Assembly: GCF_036365525.1 (NCBI RefSeq) | Contig: NC_090392.1 | Span: 70,619,247-70,683,246, forward strand | DNA length: 64,000 nucleotides | Reading direction: 5' to 3' | From: Heterodontus francisci | Taxonomy: Eukaryota | Shown here: positions 1 through 12,430 of the stretch, one piece after another | Layout of the letters: each line of letters opens with the position of its first letter | How positions within the stretch are numbered: the stretch's first letter is position 1 | Program-made: the position numbers and the translations under genes | Notes under the pieces: generated by a model | What the model saw: the letters and a program-made list of their open reading frames with translations, nothing else | What the model was told of the DNA's origin: nothing | Database searches by the model: none

Positions 1-13
1 TGTTTAAACAAAA

Positions 14-484
14 ACAACTTGCATATACACATGACATAATAAAACTTATTAAAGGTGATTTTACCAGTGTTATCAAACAAAATTTGTCAGTGAACCACAT
101 AAGGAAATATTAGACCAGATGACCAAAACCTTGGTCAAAGAGGTGAGTTTTAAGGAGCATCTTAAAGGAGTAAAGAGAGGTAGGGAGGCGGAGAGGTTTA
201 GGGAGGGAATTCGGAGCTTAGGGTCTAGGCAACTGGAGGCTTGGCAACCAGTGGTGGAGTGATTAAAATCAGGGAACGCTTAAGAGGCCAGAATTGGCAG
301 AATGCAGAGATCTCGAGTGGCTGTAAGGCTGGACATCACAGAGATAGGGAGATGCAAGGCTGTGGAGAGATTTGAAACCAAGGGTAAGAATTTTAAATTC
401 GAGGTGTTGCTTAACAGGGAGCCAATGTAGGTCAGTGAGCACAGGGGTGATGGGTGAATGGGACTTGGTGCGACTTAGGACCAA
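14..484 (-). mobile_element. L2-clade LINE 3' fragment
   Basis: Minus ORF 269-484 (SPITPVLTDLHWLPVKQHLEFKIL...LASPYL) is the typical post-RT C-terminus of L2-group LINEs. A related copy lies at ~36050-36385. Confidence 0.7.
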
Positions 485-547
485 TAACGGCAGCGTAGAG
501 GAACATGCTGCCCATCCTGAATCTATTAATTATGTTTTTCTTGCTTG

Positions 548-1010
548 GTGTGTTAGCTGTGGCTCAGTTGGTAGCACACTCCCCTCTAAACCACAAAGTT
601 CTGGGTTCAAATCCCACTCCAGGACTTGAGCATGAAAATCAAGGCAGTACAGTACTGAGAGAATGTTGCACTGTTAGAGGTGCTGTCTTTCAGATGAGAT
701 GTTAAACCAAAGCCCGATCTGTCTGTCTGTTCAGGTGGATGTAAAAGATCCCATGGCACTATCTTAAAGAAGAGTGGGGGAATTATCCCTGGTATCCTGA
801 CTAATATATGTCCCCCAATCAACATCACAAAAAAATGTATTATCTGGTCATTATAACAGTGCTGTTTGTGGGAGTTTGCAGTGTGCATACTGGCTGTTGT
901 GTTTTCTGCATTACAACAATAATTACTCTTCAAAAAGTACTTCATTAACTGTAAAATGCTTTGAGATGTCTGGTGGTTATGAAAGGTATTATATAAATGC
1001 AAGTCTTTTT
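548..1010 (+). mobile_element. tRNA-headed Deu-domain SINE (SacSINE1-like)
   Basis: Pol III A box TGGCTCAGTTGG (560-571) and B box GGTTCAAATCC (604-614). Central GCTGTCTTTCAGATGAGATGTTAAACC...AAAGATCCCATGGCACT resembles the Deu domain. Several other copies occur in the window. Confidence 0.7.
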
Positions 1011-1139
1011 TTAATTTCTGTGTGCCATGCATTATTTCCCTGCCATAAAATGAATGTATGGCCTGTTCTGAGATACTAAGCAATAATATTTATTTAACAG
1101 CTGTTAAAATGCATGTAACTCAGCAGCAGTCTTTCCTCA

Positions 1140-2421
1140 CAGAATCACAGAATTGTTACAGTGCAGAAGGAGGCCATTCGGCCCATTGTGTCCACACTGG
1201 CTCTCTGAAAGAGCAATTCCCTCAGTTCCATTCCCCCGCCTTCTCCTCATAACCCTTCACATTCTTCCTTTTCATATAACTGTCTAATTCCCTTTTGAAT
1301 GCTTCAGTTGAACCTGCCTCCACCACACTCTCAGGCAGTGCATTCCAGACCTTAACCACTCGCTGCGAGAAAAAGTTTCTCCTCGTGTCACTTTTGCTTC
1401 TCTTACCAAATACTTTAAATCTGTGCCCTCTCGTTCTCGATCCTTTCACGAGTGGAAACTGTTTCTCTCTATCTGCTCTGTCCAGACTCCTCATGATTTT
1501 GAATACCTTGATCAAATCACCTCTCAGCCTTCTCTTCACCAAGGAAAACAGTCCTAACTTCTCCAATCTATCTTCATAACTGAAATTCCTCATCCCTGGA
1601 ACCATGTCATGAATCTTTTCTGTACTCTCTCCAGTGCCGTCACATCTTTCCTCAAGTGCGGTACCTAGAATTGGACGCAATACTCCAGCTGAGGCCGAAC
1701 TAGTGTCTTATACAAGTTCAGCATAACTTCCTTGCTCTTGTACTCTATGCCGCTATTAATAAAGCCCAGAACACTGTATGTTTTATTTACCGTTCTCTCA
1801 ACCTGTCCTGCTACCTTCAATGACTTATGCACATACACCAAGGTCCCTCTGCTCCTGGACCCCCTTTAGAATTGTATCCTTTATTCTATATTGTCTCTCC
1901 ATGTTCTTCTTACTAAAATGAATCACTTCACATTTCTTTGCATTGAACTTCATCTGCCACCTGTCTGCCCATTCCACCAGCTTGTCTTTGTCCTTTTGAA
2001 GTTCTACACTATCTTCCTCACAGTTCACAATGCTTCCAAGTTTCGTATCATCTGCAAACTTTGAAATTGTGCCCTGTACACCAAGGTCTAGGTTATTAAT
2101 ATATATCAGGAAAAGCAAGGGTCCAAACACTGATCCCTGGGGAACTCCACTACAAACTTTCCTCCAGCCCGAAAAACATCCATTAACCACTACTCTTTGT
2201 TTCCTGTCACTCAGCCAATTTCATATCCATGTTGCTACTGTCCCTTTTATTCCATGAGCTACAGAGTTTGCTCACGAGTCTGTTGTGTGGCACTGTATCA
2301 AACGCCTTTTGAAAGTTCATATACACCACATCAACAGCATTGTCTTCATCAAACCTCTCTGTTACCTCCTCAAAAGACTCTAGCAAGTTAGGTAAACATG
2401 ATTTTCCCTTCAGAAATCCAT
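1140..2421 (-). mobile_element. CR1 LINE, 5'-truncated, frameshifted
   Basis: Minus ORFs with GVPQGSVFGPLLFLIYINNL, SKFADDTK and RLRGDLIKVFK...FFSQRVV; CR1-type 3' tail near 1140. Confidence 0.9.
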
Positions 2422-4467
2422 GTTCACTACATGTGGATGCATCAATTAGACACCTCTGGGTGAAAATTTGTTTTGGCCCATTTTTGATTTAAAATAGGTT
2501 GTGTACTGGTAGAGCATGGCACAAGGCTCACCCAAAATTGGTCCTCACCAGCATAATGCCAATGAGCTGCAGGCGCCAGGCGGGGAGGTGATTGGTGAGA
2601 GGGACGAGAATGATCGGGAAGCGAGGAAGGCAAAAGGGAGGGGGCTGATCAGTTGCTGGAAATGGTCTTCAGGACTATGTGGAGCCAAGAATGTAGAACT
2701 CCCGGTTCTACATTCCAATCATTTCTTTTAAAAGACATATTGTTTTGAAGACAGCCTTTAGAGACTGCTGCTTAGGTCGCATGTAGACTTGCTTATCCTG
2801 AATGCAGCAGGCCTAGCACCAGCTGTGCTCAGGGAAGCCCAATTTCAGAAAGGGACCTCAAACAGTCTTTAAACCCCCTCCCCTACATTTGCATATGCAA
2901 AATGACTAAAGCCTATTTCAGGTACAGGCTCGGATGCCTATACCATATGGTGAACAACGCAATTCTGGCATGGGATGTGCACGCAGACACTGCCCATTAC
3001 ATATCTTATCCTTCTAAAACGAACACAATATCAACAAATTCTAGGCCCTCATTTTCAATATATAGCTATGTTGCTATGTTAGTGTGTGGGGATTCTTAGC
3101 CCGGGCTAAAGTCATAATGGTCTGAATGGAACTTACTGCATCCTCTTATCTACCTGTGTAAGTCTGCAAATTAACATCATAGCTTTATTTCATCTTAGTA
3201 AATTTCAATGAAATTGCCCTTTAAATTAAACCCACCTTAAGGTTTTACATTTTGAATGATCTGTACTTCATCCAAGAGTTTTATTTTTAAATATATATAT
3301 ATCAACTTGATGAATCACGCTTTTGCTATCTTGGCCCGGATACATTGGTTCTTACTGGCACTTCAGCTGCTCATCAAGCCCGACGAGATGAAACTTTTTA
3401 TCATCAGCTAGGATCCAAAAATATGTCTGTAACAGCTGCAGGAGCTTTGTAAGTGACACAGAATATTATTTTTTCCAGCAAGTTAGAGCTCATGTAGTAT
3501 GTAGCTTTATGCATATTTTAAATGAATATTTTAATAATATTGTAAATTTTACCCAACTGTTTTTTGCATGACAAGGAATGTGAAACCTTTTGTCTGTCGC
3601 CTCCACTGATGCTGTCTTATTTACTGAGTGTTTCCAGCATTTTCTGTTTATGTTCTAGCATCTGCAGTGTTTTGTTTTTGTGAATAGTGCAGCACTTTAG
3701 CGTGCCAGGGTTGGAGAACAATAGTATGATAATACATGGGGTCAAGTTGACAGATTCGGATCTTATCTGCTAGACTGAGTGGAGAGGGGTACTGAGTGAC
3801 GACTGGATATTTATTCATGGGGAGGGAGTGAATATCAGTGGATCAAACATCACAAGCTGATCTCATGCACGTCTTGACAGCTGGTTACACACCATCATTG
3901 CCAGAGACATGGGAGTAATTGCTCTCAACCAGAGAAAGATCAAAGGAGGGAGAAACATAAACAAAAGAAACAAAACACTGGCAGATAAGAAAAGTTGAAT
4001 ATAATCAGGTGAAAATATAGTATTTTCTGACTCATTCTATTAGCCAACAACTCTGTCATACAATTGTAACTGTGCACGAGAAGGAATACTGTGATTCTGT
4101 GATTCTGAATATTAATTAGACAGTGAGCTATTTTGCAATTTGAGGTTCACAAAAACAACGACATTTGAAACTCTTTGGAATTTTCCAAAGATACTTTATT
4201 GATTTAGATTGTGCAGCAAACTAACTAGATGTAGGAAAGGAAGAGGAAGGTACTAAGATGTTATGCCTGTGCCTCAGTCTCACTGCAAGCTAGGTGAATG
4301 TGAAAAAGGAGCCTAGTTAACTAGGTAGAAGAAAAGAAAAAAAAATAATGTCCAAAGGTTTTAACAGTATCATCAAACATCAGACATCATTTTCAATGGT
4401 GGCAATTTTAACCTATCCCACCAGTCAGGAAACTGATGACATGGGGGGCAATGATGATTTTACTCCC

Positions 4468-4725
4468 TGTAATGAGAAGCTTTTTATGTTGTCTGATGCA
4501 ACATAAGTAAGATGCATGGAGTTCAGTTGATTGAAGATCTCAAACAGGTTTATTAATAGCTAACAATATATAAAGTGCAGAGCTATCTATTTACAAGTAT
4601 TGCCTCTTGGTGTTACAGTTACAGAGTGAGACTGGAATGTGGTCACATGACTGCAACCTAGTACTTGGCTCATTATCATACTAAGATCTTAAAGGCACAT
4701 TACTCTTAAAGGCAATCACACAACA
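4468..4725 (-). mobile_element. Solo LTR (258 bp)
   Basis: TGT...ACA termini flanked by a 5-bp direct repeat CTCCC (4463-4467 and 4726-4730); AATAAA on the minus strand at 4549-4554. Confidence 0.65.
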
Positions 4726-4832
4726 CTCCCCACCTGATTTTTCTCGCCATTAAAGTCAACAAGTAATATCGGATAAAGTCATCATTCCACCTGATCCTGT
4801 GGGGTTCTCACCTGGTGAATTAATTACAAATT

Positions 4833-5854
4833 ACATACGAACATATGAATTAGGAGCAGAACTAGGCCACTCAGCCCTTCGAGCCTGCTCCGCCACTCAA
4901 TAAGTTCACGGCTGAACTAATTACTCCACATTTCCACATACCCCCGATAACCTTCCACCCCCTTGCTTATCAAGAATCTATCTACCTCTGCCTTAAAAAT
5001 ATTCAAAGCCTCTGCTTCCACCACCTTTTGAGGAAGAGAATTCCAAAGACTCATGACCCTCTGAGAGAAAAAAATTCCCCTCATCTCTGTCTTAAATGGG
5101 TGGCCCCTTATTTTTAATCAGTGACCCCCTAGTTCTAGATTTTCCCTCAAAGGGAAACATTCTTTCCACATCCACCCTGTCAAGACCCCTCAGGATCTTA
5201 TATGTTTCAATCAAGTCGCCTCTTACTCTTCTAAATTCCAGCGGATACAAGCCTAGCCTGTCCAATGTTTCCTCGTAAGACAGCCCGCCCATTCCAGGCA
5301 TTAGTCTAGTAAACCTTCTCTGTACAACCTCCAACACATTTACATCCTTCCTTAAATAAGGAGACCAATACTGTACACAGTACTCCAGATGTGGTCTCAC
5401 CAATGCCCTGTAGAACTGAAGCATAACCTTCTTACTTTTGTATTCAATTCCCCTTGTGATAAACTATAACATTCTATTAGTTTTCCTAATTACGTGCGAT
5501 ACCTGCATACTAACCTTTTGCAATTCATGCACTAGGCCACCCAGATTCCTCTGCATCTGAGAGCTCTGCAATCTCTCACTATTTAGATAATATGTTTCTT
5601 TTTTATTCTTCCTGCCAAAGTGGGTAATTTTACATTTTCCCACATTCCATTTGCCAGATCTTTGCCCACTCACTTAACCTATCTATATCTCTTTGTAGCC
5701 CCCTTACGTCCTCTTCACAAGTTACTTTCCTACCTATCTGTGTGTCATCAGCAAATTTAGCAATCATACCTTCAGTCCCTTCATCTAAGTCATTTATATA
5801 AATTGTAAAATGTTGAGGCCCCAGCACAGATCCCTGTGGCACACCACTTGTTAC
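4833..5854 (-). mobile_element. CR1 LINE, 5'-truncated
   Basis: Minus ORFs PQGSVLGP..., AKFADDT and LVRPHLEYCVQYWSPYLRKD, broken by frameshifts. Confidence 0.9.
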
Positions 5855-7925
5855 GCTTAAAGTTTAAAATTGCCCCAATGTGTAAAACATATTTAAATAG
5901 AACCAAGTCCGGTCATTTTATGCTTTTTTTCTGGACTGGAGCTGAAAATTTACAAGCATATTCCAATTTGCAAGCTTCCTTTACAAAATAGCAATTGAAC
6001 TCTGATCCCAGGCTGTTTACTTATAGCAGTTAAATGTTGTAGTCATAAAGCGACAGGACAGCTTAAACACAGCTTCATTATATTAAATCATAAATCAAAG
6101 AATTATATGGCACAGTCACAATATGCTTTAGTATTTTTCTCCACATGTAACATTCTTCCCCCAAACCCTTTAAAGCTTTTTTTCAAGTAGCTATATATCT
6201 TGATTTTAAAGGTACTTGTGGCATCTACTTCAAACTTGGAATGATGCTCTTGACAATATTACCACACGTGGCCTAATGGGGTAAAAATAAATATGGCCCA
6301 ATATTGTAGTTTGGAAAACTATAAGCCAAAGTCATTTCAAAGCTTTACCTTGAAGTATATTCCTTTAAAAAAAAGTCTTCTATGCAAAACTAGAATCCAA
6401 CTCTTTTAAGGATAACACCAATTGAGGTCATCAGTAAGAGACTACAAGTGGCAGAGACCACAAGGCCAGTTATGTCTGGTAGTAACCAGAACCAAACTAG
6501 TTGGTTAGTATGCAGTGGTTTGATAGTATTATTCTCACTGTCAATGGGCTTGCCCTTATCCTTGATCACCGACAGTATGTCACTTAGATGCATCAGGAAA
6601 TCAGAAGCCTAGTACTCATCCATTTTAACAGTCCAGGTGAAAATTACTAACTGCTGGTTGCTTTGTATCATTTTGCCTAAACACTCTAGAAACACTTTAA
6701 ATTTTAAAAAGCTCCTTGACTCCATTGATTTTTCTACTTCCTTTTGATATCTTTTAATGTTTTTAGATTAGCTTTGTAGATTTTATGTGAAAGAACATTT
6801 TATTTTGCAACATGAACATATTTTCAGTATGAAAGTTGAACCAAATGGAAATGAATACTACTTCTGAATGTTAAGCCCTTTGAAGTTGTGATTAATACAA
6901 TTCTGTGTTTTAATGAAACCAGGGCTTAGGGAAGGGAATCGATCCACTTTTATCCACGGCTTATAATGAATATCATTTTTAAAATGTCAAATTCATCTTT
7001 CATTTTGCCTCTTTGTTTTAAATGAAAGAAAAGACGCAAATGCGCAAATAAAATGACTTCAATTATCATTTTGCTAAAATGTGTTTAATCATCCTCAGTT
7101 CCTTTATAAATTCAATTTAAAATTTCATGTAAAGTTTTATCAGAATAATTTAGTCCATCAAAGTCCCATAGCATTATTCGTCCAAAGTAAATTTGGACCA
7201 CGATTGCAACAGTTGTAGTTTATTCATGTAATTGAATAGAAACATACTGCCATTCTACATATTTCTCTTATTTTGTTTTATACAGTACACATGCATTTAA
7301 AAATTTACAGAAACCAAAATATTTTCTGGATTTCACTTAGAGAGGAATAGTTGTGCAGTTTAAAAACTATAAATGAATTTCAGAACTAAAGTGATAGAAA
7401 ACAATTTATAGTAAGAACACTGCACCTATCATGATCAGTGTCAAGAAGTGACATGTTTACAATGCCTTGTTAAAAATGTTTTAAAAACTTAGGCACAGAA
7501 CCACAATAAATGATATCTTCCTTCAGCGACCCTATTTACAGAGAAGTTACTTTCAATCAACAATGTACTGTTGTTGTTTTAATATCTGGTTCAGTTCCAA
7601 TATGTGACACCTTCTTCAGAATAGAGGCTCAAAGGGAAAGAAATTGGAGGCATGAATTAATCATTACACTAATCATCAGATTTCATTTGTGGCAAATAAT
7701 AATTAGGTTTCTAGCTTTATATATACAGCAAATATCAATGTGTCAAAACTAATCATTTTAGGTTTATTTGCAACTTTAAACTAGTTAAGAAAAAGTTAGC
7801 AACTTGCAACCTAGTCATTGTAATAATTTGCCCTGCTTTGTAGACTAGACTCAGATATGTCACCAAAGGACCTGCGATCAATATCAATCATGTAGAGAGG
7901 GCCAAAGAGCTCTTTTCATCTTCCT

Positions 7926-8389
7926 TCAGGAGGTACTCTTATCCTTCTGCTTCTCTTTATTGGTGTCTGCCGCAGGCTCTTGTGCCACGCGTGGCGATTC
8001 AACGTTGATTTTCACGTTGTTTACTTTGGGCTGGATTTCATCTCCTTTTCTCTGCGCCTCGATACACAAGATGCCGTCGTGGGACAGTGTTGACCGAACC
8101 AAAAGAGGGTCCACGTCCAGCGGCAGGATGTAGGTGCGTGTGAACTCTCGGGAGATGAAACCGTGACTGTCCAGTTTCTGCGGATGTCTTCCAGAAACCT
8201 CCAGCAGGTTGTCCACTGTCCGAACTGAGATCTCATCTGGCAGGAACTGGCAGACGTCCAGGAATACCTGAAATTTATGATGCTTTGTTTCAACCTTTGA
8301 AAAGCCTCGGTCCAGCTGTTTATTGATCCTGGGTCTGATATAGTAACCGTGGTACAATGTAGGAGCTAAAATATCTTCTGCTGACAAAC
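7926..8389 (-). CDS. HSPB2: Small heat shock protein HspB2, exon 2 (alpha-crystallin domain and C-terminus)
   Basis: Acceptor ttcctcag|G at 8390/8389. Encodes GLSAEDILAPTLYHGYYIRPR...FLDVCQFLPDEISVRTVDNLLEVSGRHPQKLDSHGFISREFTRTYILPLDVDP...LSHDGILCIEA, then stop. Joined CDS is 558 nt (185 aa). Confidence 0.95.
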
Positions 8390-9197
8390 CTGAGGAATTT
8401 ATTGCAAGTTATCGAACTGTAAACAATAGGACAATGTAACTTTATAATACATCATAGAACTACCTGTCAGATGCTATATTTTTGATAGATTAATGATTAA
8501 AATTAACTTAAGTTTTACATTCCAAACATCTGATTTGCTGATAAAATTCATCTAATTTGCTGTTCAATGAGGGGGAAAAATTCACATTTTTTAATTGAAA
8601 TTGTATTACATTACCTGCCCTGCTCCTGCTTCAGATCTCCACAGATCTCCACACACGCTGCATCATACATAGTGTGTACTTTCGTGTGTGACGCCAGTAC
8701 TGTAGATGTTCCCACTCCATCCCACCCCAAGTAAAATAAAATTGGTCTCCCAGCCACTAAATGCCACCTCCAATTACACAGCCAAGATCAGGGGCTAACT
8801 ATTGGAAAATCATGGGTACAAACCAGGGAATAGCGTGCTCGCCTTAAAGAGGAGGTTGGAAGGTTGCAAGCTGATTAAGATAAGTGAAGACTTGCAGGTA
8901 AAGAATGTTACAAGTTTTGGCAGCTCTGAAACATTATCCACCAAGAATCAGCGCTCCAAGAGGAGGGCAATTGAGTTAAACTAGAGAACAAGATCACCTG
9001 TAACTATTAATCAAGATCCAAATAGCATTCCAAAGAACACTGGGCATGTTCGCACTGTTAGCGTATCCCAGCATATTTCCGTCATCAGCCAGTTGTCAGC
9101 GTCTTACAATTAGAAGCAGTGAGGTTTTATGAGAAATTCACTAAGTCAGGCTATAAATCTATTGAAATGAACAGAGGCAAAGCCAAAATAAACTTAC

Positions 9198-9291
9198 CTT
9201 CCCCGACGTTCTGGTCGTAGATTGTAGTTGGTGTGTCGTTCTCGTATTCTACACTCATAGGGTATGCATGTGGGATTGTCTTGTCTTCCAT
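9198..9291 (-). CDS. HSPB2: HspB2, exon 1 (94 nt coding)
   Basis: ATG at 9291; MEDKTIPHAYPMSVEYENDTPTTIYDQNVGE(G) aligns to human MSGRSVPHAHPATAEYEFANPSRLGEQRFGEG. Donor AAG|GTAAGT; phase 1 fits exon 2. Confidence 0.93.
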
Positions 9292-11013
9292 TGTGAGGAT
9301 CAGAAAGTGAGAGCGAGCAGAGGAGCACAAAATCAAAACACTCCGGCTGCTTCCCCGCTCCCCCCAAAAGATCATCAGACTGGGTCACTCAGTCTCAGAA
9401 ACGTCGTGACTTCCGTGTCGTTTATGTCAGGACATTCCTCAGGGAGGGGAGTCAAAACTGGGACAGAAATAGACCAGGACACTGAAGAGGCTGGAGCCTT
9501 CCCAGAGGAAAGGAAATATCCTCTTGGAAACGAACACACACACCACATTCACGCCCTGAACCATTAACGATACCGTAATTTCCCCGTTTATCCTCTGCTC
9601 ACATAGAATTGTGACTCTGATGTGTCGTTAGTCCCCTTCGGAAACACAGAACCACCTCTGGATTACTTGTCAAATAAAACATTTGGCATTAAAAGAACTG
9701 AAATGAAAGGTATAATTTACATATGTTACTATATTACCAACAACACTTCGACAATACTAGGGAAAAACAGTGATAGAACAACAATTATTGAACTGAATTT
9801 GGTTAGTAGGGATTTATGAACGAAACGAGAGTCCAGTAGTCTCTGTTACTTATAATTGTCAACTTGCGTAGGAAGTACAAGGCGAAGAACTGGACTCCTC
9901 GTGGATTAACACGGCTGGCAGATGAAGCTAAAAAGGCATTATCCGAGGTACATTTATTCCAAACAACGCAATGGGTAAGCGACAAGCAGGTGCCGGATTT
10001 ACACAAAATCCGCTTTCAAATACCATCAGATTCTGTTTCTGAGCTGACAATGAAACGATTGCTGTGTGTTTTATCGAAACGTTTTTTTTTTAACGTTGGT
10101 AGAGCTTTTCCCGAAATGTCCCAGATTATTCTTATAATTTAATGCCGTGTTTTCAAAATATAATGGATTATTTTCAAAACTTGGAAATTAATACTAATCC
10201 TGTGACGGGTAATTATCTCTACAAGTACACACACTAATTTGTATTACTATTATATACTAGAATATTACAAGCTGTTAATCACTTCAGTTCTAATGGAGGG
10301 TAACCAGCATGATAATTATGGCTTTATTTCCAAAGGAAAGCGTATTGGATTAACATTGCATAGCTGCTGTGGAAGGTGGTTACAAGAGATCTAATATTTT
10401 CTGAAATAGCTAATCTGTTCTGGTTAATTTTGTTTTGCAATAGGGAGAAACGTGTTTCTGTGATACAATGAGTTCCCCTCCAGCCTTCTTCCTTTATAAT
10501 GTTTTCCAAAAACTTTGGAAGCTACAAAACATGATGAGGGGATGGAATGGCCCAGACTCTATCATTCGCCTTTAAACATTCAGTTGTGTCGCAGTGTGGA
10601 ATGATACAACAAATGCCCATATAGGTGACATCAGAAGCTTATCACCACAAATCTATTTATGGACTGTACCACTTGTGATTGCCATCGTCACCGTTTAAAT
10701 TAAGCATTCAGATAACCCATCACACAGAGACACAAAAGAAACGAAAATCTTTAATCATTGATTAAAAAAAAACTGAAACATCATAATATTCCTCTCAATA
10801 CAATAGCTTCCTTTTGAAATGCCATGAGGTCATCGTCTGGGGCATTCTGAAGTTTTGCCAGCAGAGGAAGAGGCTGATCAGCAGAGCATTGTCCCACAGT
10901 AAAAACACTGGTCCACTGCTTGTGTCAGTTCTAATCCGCCCCCCCCCCCCCAAAAAAAAATGCATCCCTAAACAATGAAATCACATGACAGAGTCAAACA
11001 GCCTCGCATCAGT

Positions 11014-11028
11014 TTTCCAGAAAGTTCA
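11014..11028 (+). promoter_or_regulatory. Heat shock element (three inverted nGAAn units)
   Basis: tTTCcaGAAagTTCa is a perfect nTTCnnGAAnnTTCn, 12 bp upstream of the TATA box. Confidence 0.8.
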
Positions 11029-11038
11029 ATGGGTTGTG

Positions 11039-11047
11039 TATATAAAG
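11039..11047 (+). promoter_or_regulatory. CRYAB TATA box
   Basis: TATATAAAG about 100 bp upstream of the CRYAB ATG. Confidence 0.75.
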
Positions 11048-11144
11048 GACTGAGACACCAACTGGCCTTCAAACAGCTCTTGGACTGAAGTCAGCACAGT
11101 TACACAGATATACATCCTCCTGCCTTTAACCGAAAAGAGAAAAG

Positions 11145-11351
11145 ATGGACATTACAGTTCAGACTCCATGGCTACGGCGTTCCCTCTTGCCAAACTCTAT
11201 CTTTCCCTCCCGTATCTATGACCAGCATTTTGGGGACCACCTTGATCCTGACTTCTTCCCCAACTTCTCATCCATGGTTAGCCCCTTCTACTGGCGAATG
11301 CCATCTCCCATGTTCAGGCTGTCAAGTTGGGTACAATCTGGACTTTCAGAG
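11145..11351 (+). CDS. CRYAB: AlphaB-crystallin (HspB5), exon 1
   Basis: MDITVQTPWLRRSLLPNSIFPSRIYDQHFGDHL...SWVQSGLSE with donor GAG|GTATGT, phase 0. Full model 207+123+204 nt = 177 aa. Confidence 0.95.
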
Positions 11352-11599
11352 GTATGTTCTGTGTGTTCTTAAAGTTGCCATGTCCTTTTCCTGGTACTTG
11401 ATAAAAATGTTTGTTTAACATGCAGCTTAACTGCTCAAATTAAGCTCTGTGGACATATTGTCTGTTTCCTAACAATAATGAATATGTCCAATTGTTCTAT
11501 GTGTGTATATAATATATATATATGTAGGAAGATAATATATATATAATATAAAGAGGAACATGGGGGGGGGGGCATAGCCTCCGGATAAGGAGACAGTCA

Positions 11600-11910
11600 T
11601 TTTGGACTGAGATGGGGGAAATTTCTTCACTCGGAGGGACTCTTTGGAATTCTCCATCTGAGAAAGCTGCGGATTCAGTCGTTGAGTATATTAAAGGTTG
11701 AGATTGAGAGATTTTTGAACTCTAAGGGAATCAAGGGATATGAGGATCGGTGGAGGTGGGGGGGGGGGGAGGGGGGGGGAGGAATGGGGGTTGTGGGGGG
11801 AAGTGGAGTGGAGTTGAGGCCAAGAATCAGCCATATTCTTATTAAATGGTGGAACAGATTGAAGGGGCTGACAGACATACTCTTGCTTCTATTTCTTATG
11901 TTCTTATAAT
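11600..11910 (+). mobile_element. CR1 3'-end fragment in CRYAB intron 1
   Basis: KVEIERFLNSKGIKGY C-terminus plus a CR1-type 3' UTR and TTCTTATGTTCTTA tail. Confidence 0.75.
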
Positions 11911-12244
11911 GAATATCAACATATAGCAAAAAGAGGAAGCTAATTAACATATTTCATTAGTGTAGTTAATGATAAATGAAAGCAGCTTGTTCACAAGTTG
12001 TTAGTTTTGTTGCTTCAGTGGTGGATAACTTCTAAATTGGATCAAGGTCTATTAGCATCTACAACTTGAAATATCTGCAAACTAATGGGAATATTGATAT
12101 TTCCCTGTGGCTACTCATCCATGCATCCCATGAGGACCAAAAGTTTGGATGTCCGGCTTAACTTTATCTGAACATATTAATGCCCTGTAGACCCAGTATT
12201 AACAAAAATTCTGATAGCTGGTAATCTGAAAAAAAAACCCCCAC

Positions 12245-12430
12245 AGAAAATACTGGAAATGCGCAACAAGATTCATCAGCACCTGAAAAGAGGCAAATTA
12301 GTTTTGTGTTTCAGTTGAAACTCTTAGTCAGAACTGTTCTGACAAGGGATCCCAACTCAAAATGTTAACTGTTTTTCCCCCCATTTTAGTCACTGACTGA
12401 TGTGCTGTGTATTTTCAGCATTTTCTGTTG
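12245..12430. repeat. Decayed palindromic Penelope-like end repeat
   Basis: Degenerate version of the 42462-42694 element, centred on TCAGAACTGTTCTGA (~12329-12343). Confidence 0.45.

Larger units (their letters stand above)
4401..5874. mobile_element. MITE-like element with TIRs, host of a solo LTR and a CR1 insertion
   Basis: GGCAATTTTAA (4401-4411) and TTAAAATTGCC (5864-5874) are inverted. Removing the nested inserts leaves ~200 bp. Confidence 0.35.

Noticed and set aside
548-625. tRNA gene
   Set aside because: A and B boxes are present but it continues into a SINE body and I could not fold a proper cloverleaf. The same applies to the HE1-like heads.
2458-3048. Possible MITE with GGG...AATTTGTT / AACAAATT...CCC ends
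   Set aside because: The terminal inverted match is too weak and there is no clear TSD.
1-7900. C11orf52 exons expected downstream of HSPB2 by synteny
   Set aside because: No convincing exon found by eye; the gene is fast-evolving or lies outside the window.
10616-10662. CArG/MEF2-like motifs (CCCATATAGG, CTATTTATGG)
   Set aside because: Each has a mismatch to consensus and is likely by chance in AT-rich DNA; needs conservation data.
10939-10960. C13-A9 homopolymer in the CRYAB promoter (also G runs at ~11755-11800)
   Set aside because: Simple slippage tracts, prone to sequencing error; no evidence of function.
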